Positions 10,374 to 19,996 of a DNA stretch of 64,000 nucleotides are shown here, in pieces. Positions within the stretch are counted from its first letter, which is position 1. Each line of letters begins with the position of its first letter. A program made the position numbers and the translations under genes. The stretch lies in NCBI GenBank assembly GCA_963664195.1, contig OY760907.1, positions 3,424,001-3,488,000 of the forward strand, in the 5' to 3' direction. This DNA is from an uncultured candidate division Zixibacteria bacterium (GTDB taxonomy: Bacteria > Zixibacteria > MSB-5A5 > GN15 > FEB-12). A model generated the notes under the pieces. It saw only the letters and a list, made by a program, of their open reading frames with translations, did not search any database and was not told where the DNA came from.

Positions 10374-13300
10374 GGTTCATCGGCAGTATAATAGTGAAGG
10401 TCGTCCCTTTCCCCAAGCGGCTTTCGGCCAAGATTTCGCCGCGATGATCCTGAATGATCTGATAGCAAATCGACAGGCCAAGTCCGGTCCCCACGCCAAC
10501 CCCTTTGGTAGTGAATCCCGGATCAAACACCTTTTCAAGATTCTCCGGCGCTATACCCCGACCGGAGTCCGTTATCCTGATGGCGATTTTGCCGTCTTCA
10601 CGAGAAGTAGCAATCCGTATCGTCCCCTTGCCGTCAATTGCCTGTCGCGCGTTGTTAAGCAGGTTCAGAAACACTTGATTGAGCTGCCCGGGGAAACACG
10701 CAATCTGAGGAATGTCACCAAACTCTCGAACGACTTCTATTCGGTTTTTGATTTCGTGATGAATGAGCGTCAGCGTGTCCTCGATGCCGTCATGCACGTC
10801 CACCGTCTTCAAATCCGATTCATCTAGCCGCGCAAAACTACGCAGACGTCGGACAATGGTGGTGACCCGTTCGGTTCCGTTTTCGATCACCCGATTGGCG
10901 TCATCTATCACTTTGAGCAGCGAAGCCAATCTGTCTCTTGCAGCACAATCCAACCCGCAGTCTTCCGCAAGCGACGTCTTCAGCCTATCGTATGCACGCA
11001 CTAATGTATTGTGCATGCTGTTGACCGCGCCTATGGGCGTGTTTATCTCGTGCGCAATCCCTGCTACCAAGAGGCCCAGCGAGGCCATTTTCTCTGACCG
11101 CACGAGTTGTGATTGCGTTGTTTTGAGGTGCGTGTACGCCTCCTGCAGCTCATCATTGACTGCCTTAATGTGCGTGATATCGTGAGCCACGCCGATAACC
11201 TCGATTATCCGATCTTGATCATCCTTGATAATCGAAGCATCGGCGGAGAACCACAGGTACTGCCCGTCCTTGTGTCTGAGGCGCGAACCGGTGTATGCTT
11301 TTTCGCCGCGATTCTCACTGGAGAAACCGCCGGCAATCCATTGATGTGTATCCGGGACGTCGTCCGGATGCAGCAGCGTCGTGATCCGCTCACCGATGAA
11401 GTCCACGATGTCATGCCCCAGGAATTCTGTGAATGAGGGCGACAGATAGGTGAAGCAAGCATCGGCATCAAGAGAGAATATGATCCCTCTGGCATTCTCT
11501 ACCAATCCACGGAACCGCTCCTCGCTGACGCGAATCGCGACCTCAGCTTCTTTGCGGGCACTGATATCGTAGATGCCGCCGATGATGACCGATTCGCCCG
11601 CAAGCGACGAAACCACCAGCGAGAGCAAACACCAAATGAACGATCCGTCGCGCCTCTTCAGTCTGAGTTCAAAATCGCGGACGGCCCCATCCCTCTTGAG
11701 TCTCCTGACCAACATGTCACGGTCGTCAGAATCGTAATAGAAGTCTGGCGTCAACTTCCCGAAGAGTTCGTCCACTTCATACCCCATCAGCTCACCCAGA
11801 TGACTATTGGCATATATGATGAGGCCGTCGTCGACCCGACTGACTATCAGCGGAATGGGCGACGCATCGACAATGATCCGCAACTGCTCGTCAGCCTTCT
11901 TCAACGCCGTTATATCGCCAAAGGACCAGACACGGCCCGGCTGTCCGTCGCCCTGACTGTCCACAGAAATGGATTCGAGATTGATGATCCGTCCATCGGG
12001 CTGTTTGAGAGTCAGCGATTCTCGAAACATGGAACGAGGATCTTCGTCCATCGCCGGATGGCCGGCATTCTGTTCAATGACTTGACGGACTCTGTCGCGG
12101 AAAGAACCGGGAAACTCAAACCGACCTTCAATACTCTCACAGAAGGCGTCAAAAGACATACCAATGGTTTCCGTCATACTGAGGCCGAACATCGGTTCCA
12201 CGCCCCTGTTCGCAATCGTGATAACGCCTTCGTGGTTCACCAGAATCAGCGGAACGCTGGCAGCATCGAGGATAGCTCGTAGTTCGTCCCGACTCCGAGC
12301 CTGAATAGCTGCAAGCTTCTCAAGTTCGGCGTGCTTCTCCTCCAGTTGTTCTTGAGCCACGAGAAGTTCCACGTTGGCATGCCCGAGTTCCAGGGCGCTG
12401 ATCTCGAGCTGTTTCGCCTTTTTCCGAAGCTCTTCGTTAGCGTCGCTGAGGGACTCGGTGCGTTCGCGGACTGTGTTTTCAAGATTCTGGTATGACCTCA
12501 GATTGTCAAATGCCAGCCCAACCATTGACGCAAAAGTCTCGAAGCGAGCAATATCGTGAGCGCCCATAGAACGCTCATGAAGCTGCATGTTCGCAACGAG
12601 CAAACCTATCGGCTCTTCTCGCAGCCGCACCGGAGTTATTACCGCAGCATTTGCCTGGAGTGCTTCGGCAGCGGCCCGGGGCCATCGTTTGTCAGCAAGA
12701 AGATCCGGTACGAAGATGGTCTTATTCTCAGAGAGAGCCTCCTCAAAATGCGGAGGAGGACTCGCCAGTTCCTTCTTCACGCGTGTCACTTGCTCCATAC
12801 AGGCTTCATGGGAGACGCCATCAATTGCATGTGAAACCACGTCAAGCTCACCGTTTGACAAAAGCAGAAGTCCGGCCCTGTCAAAATCGAGTGACTGGAT
12901 CAACAGCCGGGGTATTATCTGCCGGAGTTCCTTCTCATCGACAATCCGAGACAATGCCTGCGACACGGCGTTAAGCCCCTCCAATTGTCGATTAGCGTAC
13001 TCAAGGCTGTTGGTACGCTCGCGTACCTTCTGTTCGAGTTCCTTCTGGTACTCCGCAAGCTGCCGCTCCAGCGCCGCCTGCTCCGTCACGTCACGCGCGA
13101 TGCCGTCGACACGAACGACCCCGCCCCCGGCATCAAGAATCGTATGACGATTGGCCTCCAGGACCTTGGTCTCTCCGTTGCTGGCGACCATTCGGAACCG
13201 GACAGTCTTCGAGCCCGGCCCCGGTCTGTCCGGACCATCGGTGTCGAACTCATCAAACACCGCGGCGTCGTCAGGATGAACCAGCTCCCTCGGTGTCCGC

Positions 13301-13827
13301 CCCAGAACATCCTTCGCAAGATACCCGGTAATGGATTCAAAAGCCGGACTGATGTCCGTCAATCGTCCCTCTTTGTTGAGCGAGAAAATGATGTCCGGGA
13401 CGTTCTCCGTCACTGATCGCAGATTGTTTTCTGATTCTTGAAGTCTGTTCTGAAGACGTGCCAGTTCAATGGCCTGATGAATCGTAATCTCCAGGTGGTC
13501 TATCTCAACTGGCTTCAGACAAAAGCTCTGGGCGCCTCGCTTGGTGGCCTCGACCGCCTTGGCAATAGTACCGTGGGCCGTCAGCAGAATGAACGGAGTT
13601 ACCGCACAGCATCGTCTGATCCTGAGAAGCACCTCCAGGCCATCAATACCTGGTAGATTCAGATCACAGAGGATGAGGTCGTGGCTTTCTCGATCAAAAG
13701 CCTCTATCCCTGCCTCGCCCGAGACCGCCTCGCTGACAACAAATCCGCGAGCGGTCAGCAATTCCGCAAGTTCCTCACGCTGGGCAGGAACGTCTTCGAT
13801 ATAGAGAACGTGGATTTTTTTATTCAC
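10342..13827 (-). CDS. Cytoplasmic hybrid histidine kinase REC-PAS-GAF-PAS(x3)-HisKA-HATPase
   Basis: N-terminal receiver (LCDLNLPGIDG), PAS motifs (VHPDD, RDVT, DIT), GAF region, AHEINTP and GTGLGL. Confidence 0.92.
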   Translation of the reverse strand: MNKKIHVLYIEDVPAQREELAELLTARGFVVSEAVSGEAGIEAFDRESHDLILCDLNLPGIDGLEVLLRIRRCCAVTPFILLTAHGTIAKAVEATKRGAQSFCLKPVEIDHLEITIHQAIELARLQNRLQESENNLRSVTENVPDIIFSLNKEGRLTDISPAFESITGYLAKDVLGRTPRELVHPDDAAVFDEFDTDGPDRPGPGSKTVRFRMVASNGETKVLEANRHTILDAGGGVVRVDGIARDVTEQAALERQLAEYQKELEQKVRERTNSLEYANRQLEGLNAVSQALSRIVDEKELRQIIPRLLIQSLDFDRAGLLLLSNGELDVVSHAIDGVSHEACMEQVTRVKKELASPPPHFEEALSENKTIFVPDLLADKRWPRAAAEALQANAAVITPVRLREEPIGLLVANMQLHERSMGAHDIARFETFASMVGLAFDNLRSYQNLENTVRERTESLSDANEELRKKAKQLEISALELGHANVELLVAQEQLEEKHAELEKLAAIQARSRDELRAILDAASVPLILVNHEGVITIANRGVEPMFGLSMTETIGMSFDAFCESIEGRFEFPGSFRDRVRQVIEQNAGHPAMDEDPRSMFRESLTLKQPDGRIINLESISVDSQGDGQPGRVWSFGDITALKKADEQLRIIVDASPIPLIVSRVDDGLIIYANSHLGELMGYEVDELFGKLTPDFYYDSDDRDMLVRRLKRDGAVRDFELRLKRRDGSFIWCLLSLVVSSLAGESVIIGGIYDISARKEAEVAIRVSEERFRGLVENARGIIFSLDADACFTYLSPSFTEFLGHDIVDFIGERITTLLHPDDVPDTHQWIAGGFSSENRGEKAYTGSRLRHKDGQYLWFSADASIIKDDQDRIIEVIGVAHDITHIKAVNDELQEAYTHLKTTQSQLVRSEKMASLGLLVAGIAHEINTPIGAVNSMHNTLVRAYDRLKTSLAEDCGLDCAARDRLASLLKVIDDANRVIENGTERVTTIVRRLRSFARLDESDLKTVDVHDGIEDTLTLIHHEIKNRIEVVREFGDIPQIACFPGQLNQVFLNLLNNARQAIDGKGTIRIATSREDGKIAIRITDSGRGIAPENLEKVFDPGFTTKGVGVGTGLGLSICYQIIQDHRGEILAESRLGKGTTFTIILPMNLDEIVENEQN

Positions 13828-14108
13828 AGCATTCGTACACGCCCGTAACGGTTCTTCATTAGTAACGTCAACATAATCGTTGGCTCAGCCTGATTCAACC
13901 AAAAGCCGAGCCGTGGAACAACGAATCGATCCAACTGCCAGTTCGCAAAACGATTCGCATTTATGACCCTATCTTACGTCGGTCTCACAGTCTAGGGCCG
14001 CCATGGACGCCCAGTAAACCAATGATAATTAACCGGTTAGGGCTACTCTGCGGCCAAGGTCACCTTCGGCACACTTTTTACAACGCTTATTGCCGGGAGA
14101 AACTGATT

Positions 14109-14582
14109 ATGGAACACACAATCGCAGAGATCTACTCAACCGGTACCATTGCTCAGGCTTCCGGTCTCATAGCAATGGCCATCTTCTTCATCGTCGTGAG
14201 CGTGCAAGAACTCCGGGATGAACACCCCGCGGGACTCTTCATGCTTGCCCTGTCTGCTTTCTTCGCGGTCGTCCATATCCTGCTGCTTGCCGGCGTGTTT
14301 ACTTCAGGCCCCCTGGGGCAACCCATCCCGCACCTCAACATGTGGACCTGGCTGGCCTGCCTTCTCGCTCCGGCCGTAATCGGCCTCTTCGTGCTCAAGG
14401 GACTCTATGGTCTCCTTGCTTCCGACACAAGAGCGGGGCTGGTGAAGATGTTTTTTGGCCTTACTCTATTGTGCTTCCTGCACATGATCGGAACGGATTG
14501 GCCGATTGATGTCAAGGCCGTCCTGACCGTAATCTGGCTTACGGTGTTTTTCAAGATGGAATTGGGTGACCTCCGTCACTAG
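14109..14582 (+). CDS. Hypothetical integral membrane protein (~5 TM)
   Basis: ATG at 14109 after GGGAG; five hydrophobic segments. Confidence 0.7.
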   Translation: MEHTIAEIYSTGTIAQASGLIAMAIFFIVVSVQELRDEHPAGLFMLALSAFFAVVHILLLAGVFTSGPLGQPIPHLNMWTWLACLLAPAVIGLFVLKGLYGLLASDTRAGLVKMFFGLTLLCFLHMIGTDWPIDVKAVLTVIWLTVFFKMELGDLRH

Positions 14583-14908
14583 TCGCCGCCGTCAAAAACA
14601 TTGGCAAGACTTAGGTCCCAATCGTCAGTACCGTCGGCCAGCAATCCTCATATCTGCCATATCGCACATTAGTCACCACCCGAACCAAAAACGAGCGGCC
14701 GATCCAGTAGATATTTCTGTCTCCCGCTTCCATCAGTTCTTCGGGATCCGGCGTCGCGGGCCGCTACGGGACAAGTCCGGCCAACAGGTGTCCCATGACC
14801 ATTTGCCGGATTCGATTACATTGATAGACAGCGACATGGGAGGGGACAATCCGTCTCCTCAGCATCGGTGTACCGTACCTTAGGTACTACTACTGAAGGA
14901 CACATCCA

Positions 14909-15445
14909 TTGATCACAGAAACGCTATCCTTGATGAATTTGGCCCGTCGGGCTATGATTGCTATCCTCTTGCTGGCACTCGTGGCTGGTCTTGTGCGGGC
15001 GGACGTCGAAGACTGTATGCATACAACAGGACAGGCATCCCTTACTCCCATGTCCTGGGACAACAGTTGCTTTCTGGCCGTGGGAGCCGTTCTTGAAATG
15101 CCCCCCGGCACTTCATCGGTTGCTCTGTTGAACGATGTTTCGGGCGAGGTTGAGGGGCGCCTCTGCTCGGTGAGCGCCACAGTGGATTCATCCTGTGTGG
15201 TCGAGGAACCCGGTTGCTGCACGGCTCCTTCCGTGGGGAATGTCGACGCATCGCTCGACGGACTGGTAACGATGTCCGACCTGACAATCCTCATAGATCA
15301 CCTGTTCATCTCGCTGCAACGACTGGCCTGTCCCGAGGAAGGAAACGTGGATATGAGTCCCGATGAGCTGGTAACCATGGGCGATCTGACGATCCTTATC
15401 GACCATCTCTTTGTTTCGCTCAACCCGCTTCCTCCGTGCCCGTGA
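14909..15445 (+). CDS. Small secreted protein consisting mainly of a dockerin-like domain
   Basis: Signal peptide (RRAMIAILLLALVAGLVRA), ~70-aa Cys-containing segment, then the 76-aa dockerin-like tail (15215-15442). The start may be ATG 14933. Confidence 0.75.
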   Translation: MITETLSLMNLARRAMIAILLLALVAGLVRADVEDCMHTTGQASLTPMSWDNSCFLAVGAVLEMPPGTSSVALLNDVSGEVEGRLCSVSATVDSSCVVEEPGCCTAPSVGNVDASLDGLVTMSDLTILIDHLFISLQRLACPEEGNVDMSPDELVTMGDLTILIDHLFVSLNPLPPCP

Positions 15446-15481
15446 GCGCCGTTCCATCGGTTAGGTCAGGCACATAAGTCC

Positions 15482-15509
15482 TTGACCCAAAATAAAAAAG
15501 AAGTATATT
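15482..15509 (+). promoter_or_regulatory. Sigma70-like promoter
   Basis: TTGACC-N16-TATATT. Confidence 0.55.
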
Positions 15510-15515
15510 GTAAAT

Positions 15516-15650
15516 GTTCGTGAGGTTTGTCCCCCTTTTATGGTTGCCTCACAACCCCATTTGACTGCAAGTTTATCGTCCCTCACGCTTCGATAACTAC
15601 GTCGGCCTACGGGTCATGTTGCGATCTGTCGACCCTTATGGCTTGACGAA
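15516..15650 (+). ncRNA. Candidate structured RNA/leader with C-rich loop
   Basis: Hairpins GTTcGTGAGG/CCTCACAAC (loop contains TTTGTCCCCCTTTT), TTATCG/CGATAA, and CGTC-GGCC-GGGTC/GACCC-GGCT-GACG directly after the promoter. Confidence 0.35.
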
Positions 15651-16151
15651 CAACAGAGTTATGCGACGGCCACATTGACTAATCTGGAATGTTTCATTTC
15701 GTGCGGACTGACCGCTTCAGCGTTTGCCGTGGTCCTGCATGGGATACCCTCACACTCACTGCAAGCGGTGCTGAGTGCCGCGTTGTCGATGACACTCGGC
15801 CCCGCCTTCTTCCCCACTCTACCGACGGATTACCGGATCGCCAAGAGACGCAAGGTTCTGGCGACGGCCGAATCCCGGCACGTGCTCACCGCACGCCTGC
15901 ATCAGGAATTGATCAGTAAGGACGCTGTTGCCTTGCAAGATGGTTGCTCAGCGCCTGTTTGCTGAGGTTAGCCCCGATAGAATGACACCGTTACCCGCCG
16001 CCCATCCACATCTTACCCGGCAAAAAAACTGCGATTCGGCTGAGACCGGCGCGCTTCAGCAACCGCAGATCGTTAGCTGTTACCGAATACATACACACAC
16101 AAGACAGAGAAGACTCTTACTGAACACTCAAGGAGATCAAGAGGGAGCACC

Positions 16152-19100
16152 ATGAAGCGAAGAGATAAAGACTTGCTACTACGACCACATCTGATGCTGG
16201 CGATGTTGGCCGTGCTATTGCTGACCGCTGCCAGTTCCGTCCTCGCAGCAGAGCAAATCAGTGTCGAATACACGTTTGATCGTCCTTATCTGGAGACTAT
16301 TGTTCTGGACGGCACTGCTTATGACCGAGTAACCATGTCCGGTGCCCCGAATTCCGGTGAGGTGGGACATCCGTCTCTCCCGGCCTCCGGAGCGCGCATA
16401 CTCATCCCCTACGGCACTGAAGTGACGGGCATTCAGATAATCAGAAACGACGATGTTCTGGTAGCCGACGGAGCGGTCGTTGAACCGACTGCACGGCCCG
16501 TCAAGCTGTCAGCAGATCCAAGCGAGTTCGTTGTTCCCTCAGAAGACCCGATCGTTTACGCCATGGATACTCCCTATCCGGCTACCGACTTTGAATCGGT
16601 CGGCGTTCAGAGCTTCCGCGGCTACCGCGTTCTGCACCTGAAATTGCAGCCCGTGAAGTACATACCGGCTTCGGGCGAGCTGTACTACTCACCGTCAATG
16701 ACTGTGATTGTGACGACCACCGACACCGGCAAGAGGTCAACCCTGTTACGTGGATTCGAGTCCGATGAAAAGGAGCTCGTTTCCAGAATTGATAACCCGG
16801 ATGTCAGCAAGAGCTACCCGATGACTGGCGCCAAAAACCGCGACGCTTTTGACATGGTTATCATCACAACTGCTGCCCTGGCACCGTCATTTGCCCCCTT
16901 GAAGGACTACCATGACAGCACCGGACTCGCGACGGAAATCCGAACCACCACCGAAATCGGCTCGAGCAATCCGGACGACATCAGAGCATACATTAGTGAC
17001 CTGTATCTCAACGATGGCATCCAGTACGTTATAATTGGCGCCGACGACGATATCATTCCCGCTCAGAACCTCTACGTGCTGGCTTACAGTGGCGGCGATG
17101 TCGAAACGGCTATGCCCGGTGACCTCTTTTTCGGCTGCCTCGACGGTACCTACAACTATGACGGAGACAGCTACTTCGGCGAACCGAACGATGGCGAAGG
17201 CGGCGGCGATGTCGACCTGGTGGCTGAAGTCTACGTCGGACGAGCGTCGGCGGGCAACCAGGCCGAGGTGGAACGCTTTGTCGAAAAGACCATCTGGTAC
17301 CTGTCCAACCAGCACGGATCACCTGACAAAGTATTGATGGTCGGCGAATACCTCGGATTCGGTGGTGTCTCTGACTACGCTGCCGGGATGATGAACCAGA
17401 ATGTTGACGGTTCCACCGCTGACGGTTACACCACCGTTGGCATCCCCTCCGACCTTTACACTGTCGACCGTCTGTACGACGAGACCTGGCCCGGCAACGA
17501 CTGGCCGCAGTCTGAAATCGTCAATCGCATAAATGCCGGTCAACACATACTCAATCACCTCGGTCACGGCAGCCCCGACTACGCTCTGAAGATGTACAAC
17601 AGTGATGTGACCGGCGACCTGACCAATACCGATCTCTGCTTCATATACTCGCAGACCTGTCTCGCCGGTCATTTTGACGGCACAGACTGTTTTGCCGAAA
17701 CGATGAACATAAAAACGGACAACGGCGCCTTTGCCGTCTGCATGAATGCCCGGTACGGGTGGGGATCCGGATATAGCACCGATGGTCCCTCGCAGCGATA
17801 CAATCGCGAGTTCTGGGACGCCGTTTATAATCCGCTGGAAGCTAAGCCGGAAATCGGCAAAGCCAGCCAAGACTCCAAAGAAGACAACCTCTATCGGGTC
17901 AACGACGACTGCATGAGATGGGTATACTACGAGCAGAACCTGTTCGGCGATCCCACGGTTGCCATCAAGGGCGTTGACGCAATTGCCTTCGAGTACTCTG
18001 CTCCCCTGCCGGGCACTGTTCCGCCTGGAGACGCTACGACAATCGAAGTCACGGTAGTTCCTATCGGTGGCGGCGTTCCGGTGTCAGGCTCAGGGTTGGT
18101 ACACTACTCTGTCAATGGGGCGACCTATGTCGAGGCGGCGATGGACGAAATCTTCACCAATGTCTACGAAGCCACTATTCCCTCGCTCTCATGCGAGGAC
18201 AATCTGACGTACTATTTCAGTGCCGAGGAACAGACCAAAGGCATCTTCTACGATGTAAGCCCCTCGTCGCCGCATACACTGTTCGCGGCTACAGGTGTCT
18301 TCTCAATTGTCGATGACAACTTTGAGTCCGACAATGGCTGGACTGTTTCCGGTGACGCCACAGACGGTCAGTGGAATCGCGGCGTTCCGGCAGGTGGCGG
18401 CGAACGCGGTGACCCGCCGACAGATTTCGACGGCTCCGGCCAGTGCTTCCTGACTGACAACGAGGCGGGCAACTCTGACATCGACGGCGGAACGACTATC
18501 CTGACCTCTCCGACATTCGCTCTAACACCGGGCAACACCAGTGTCTCCTACTCTCGCTGGTTCTCGAACGATTTCGGTGATGCTGCCAACGAAGACGTCA
18601 TGCGTATCTTCATATCCAATGACGACGGTGCCTCCTGGGTGCAGGCTGATTCCGCAGGACCGATTGTAGACGCAGGCGGTGGCTGGGTTCAGCACAGCTT
18701 CTCGGTCGGTGATTTTGTCGAGCCCACTTCCACAATGAAACTGAAATTCGAGGCTTCGGACCTGATAAACGGCTCAGTGGTGGAAGCCGGTCTTGACGCG
18801 CTTTCGGTCACCACTTTCGAGTGCTTTGGCACCGATCTGTACATCACAACCTATGCGCTCCCCGAGTGGACGCAAGGCGTCGCCTATTCTCAGCAGGTTG
18901 AAGTCACCAACGAAGTCGGCACAGTAGTCTTTTCCGACAAGTACAGCGACCTCGCTGGAAGCGGACTGTCGGTCTCCAACGACGGTCTGATTTCAGGCAC
19001 CCCGACTACATCAGGAGCTGTTACGTTCACGGTCGAGGCCACCGACGAAGCTCCGTTTACGACTGAACGTGAGCTGACCGTGCTCGTCAATCCGGCTATC

Positions 19101-19853
19101 AGTATTGCTTCAATCACGCTCCCGGAATGGACGGTCACTCGCGCGTATCCTAATCAGCAGTTCAGTTGCACTGGCGGCACCGGCACGCTCGTCTGGTCCG
19201 ACCAGGGTAGCGCGCTCGCCGGAACCGGTCTGACCCTGTCTGCGGACGGCCATCTCACCGGCACACCAAATGCGACTGGCCCCCTGAATTTCACAGCCGT
19301 GGCGACCGATCAGGTAGGCGGCACCGCAGAGAGTGCTCACACGATCACGATCAACCCAATGCCGAGTATCACGACTGAGACTGTTCCGGGTGGCAGCGAT
19401 GAGACCCCGTATTCTTTCCACCTTGAATCCACCGGCGGTACCGGCATTCATACCTGGTTTGTAACATCCGGGAACCTGTCCGGAGTTGGCCTTTCTCTTT
19501 CAACGGTCGGCGTGTTGTCGGGCAGCTCACCAGTTGAAGGCGTGGCCAGTTTCACCGCTCGTGTCATCGATGACGCCGGTGCGGTGGTAGACAAACCTCT
19601 CAGCGTTGAAATCCTTGGCGGATGCTGCGTTGGAAGTATGGTTGGCAATGTCGATGCCTCACCGGACGATCAGGTAACCATGGGCGATCTAACCGTCCTG
19701 ATTGATCACCTCTTCATTAGTCTCAGCCCCGTGATATGTGACGAGGAAGCCAACGTCGATCTCTCTGCCGACGGAGAAATCACAATGGGCGACCTGACTG
19801 TGCTCATCGATCACTTGTTCATCAGCCTTGATCCGCTGTCAGCCTGTCCGTAA
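16152..19853 (+). CDS. Gingipain-like C25 cysteine peptidase with propeptide, Ig-like (He_PIG-type) repeats and dockerin-like tail
   Basis: Signal peptide; C25 propeptide (GEVGHPSLP); YVIIGADD, VGRAS, catalytic NHLGHGS and YSQTCLAG, NLFGDP; LSGTP Ig repeats; dockerin 19623-19850. Confidence 0.9.
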   Translation: MKRRDKDLLLRPHLMLAMLAVLLLTAASSVLAAEQISVEYTFDRPYLETIVLDGTAYDRVTMSGAPNSGEVGHPSLPASGARILIPYGTEVTGIQIIRNDDVLVADGAVVEPTARPVKLSADPSEFVVPSEDPIVYAMDTPYPATDFESVGVQSFRGYRVLHLKLQPVKYIPASGELYYSPSMTVIVTTTDTGKRSTLLRGFESDEKELVSRIDNPDVSKSYPMTGAKNRDAFDMVIITTAALAPSFAPLKDYHDSTGLATEIRTTTEIGSSNPDDIRAYISDLYLNDGIQYVIIGADDDIIPAQNLYVLAYSGGDVETAMPGDLFFGCLDGTYNYDGDSYFGEPNDGEGGGDVDLVAEVYVGRASAGNQAEVERFVEKTIWYLSNQHGSPDKVLMVGEYLGFGGVSDYAAGMMNQNVDGSTADGYTTVGIPSDLYTVDRLYDETWPGNDWPQSEIVNRINAGQHILNHLGHGSPDYALKMYNSDVTGDLTNTDLCFIYSQTCLAGHFDGTDCFAETMNIKTDNGAFAVCMNARYGWGSGYSTDGPSQRYNREFWDAVYNPLEAKPEIGKASQDSKEDNLYRVNDDCMRWVYYEQNLFGDPTVAIKGVDAIAFEYSAPLPGTVPPGDATTIEVTVVPIGGGVPVSGSGLVHYSVNGATYVEAAMDEIFTNVYEATIPSLSCEDNLTYYFSAEEQTKGIFYDVSPSSPHTLFAATGVFSIVDDNFESDNGWTVSGDATDGQWNRGVPAGGGERGDPPTDFDGSGQCFLTDNEAGNSDIDGGTTILTSPTFALTPGNTSVSYSRWFSNDFGDAANEDVMRIFISNDDGASWVQADSAGPIVDAGGGWVQHSFSVGDFVEPTSTMKLKFEASDLINGSVVEAGLDALSVTTFECFGTDLYITTYALPEWTQGVAYSQQVEVTNEVGTVVFSDKYSDLAGSGLSVSNDGLISGTPTTSGAVTFTVEATDEAPFTTERELTVLVNPAISIASITLPEWTVTRAYPNQQFSCTGGTGTLVWSDQGSALAGTGLTLSADGHLTGTPNATGPLNFTAVATDQVGGTAESAHTITINPMPSITTETVPGGSDETPYSFHLESTGGTGIHTWFVTSGNLSGVGLSLSTVGVLSGSSPVEGVASFTARVIDDAGAVVDKPLSVEILGGCCVGSMVGNVDASPDDQVTMGDLTVLIDHLFISLSPVICDEEANVDLSADGEITMGDLTVLIDHLFISLDPLSACP

Positions 19854-19888
19854 CCGCGACAGCCGATCACACGCTGACACAACAGCAG

Positions 19889-19932
19889 AACGGCCGGACT
19901 CTCACCGTGAGTGAAAGTCCGGCCGTTTCTTC
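19889..19932. terminator. Bidirectional terminator between convergent genes
   Basis: AACGGCCGGACT...AGTCCGGCCGTT 12-bp inverted repeat. Confidence 0.8.
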
Positions 19933-19996
19933 TGGATATTGATGTTATCAATAATCGCCGCAGTTGACAACCTGCCACGACATTCAAGAATTGTAC

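Noticed and set aside
14067..14081. Possible sigma54 promoter CGGCACACTTTTTAC (also TGGCAGGTTTGC near 54954)
   Set aside because: The first lacks the -12 GC and the second has wrong GG-GC spacing.
15675..15965. 96-aa ORF upstream of the C25 protease
   Set aside because: TTG start without an RBS, no recognisable motif and atypical composition; not called, though not excluded.
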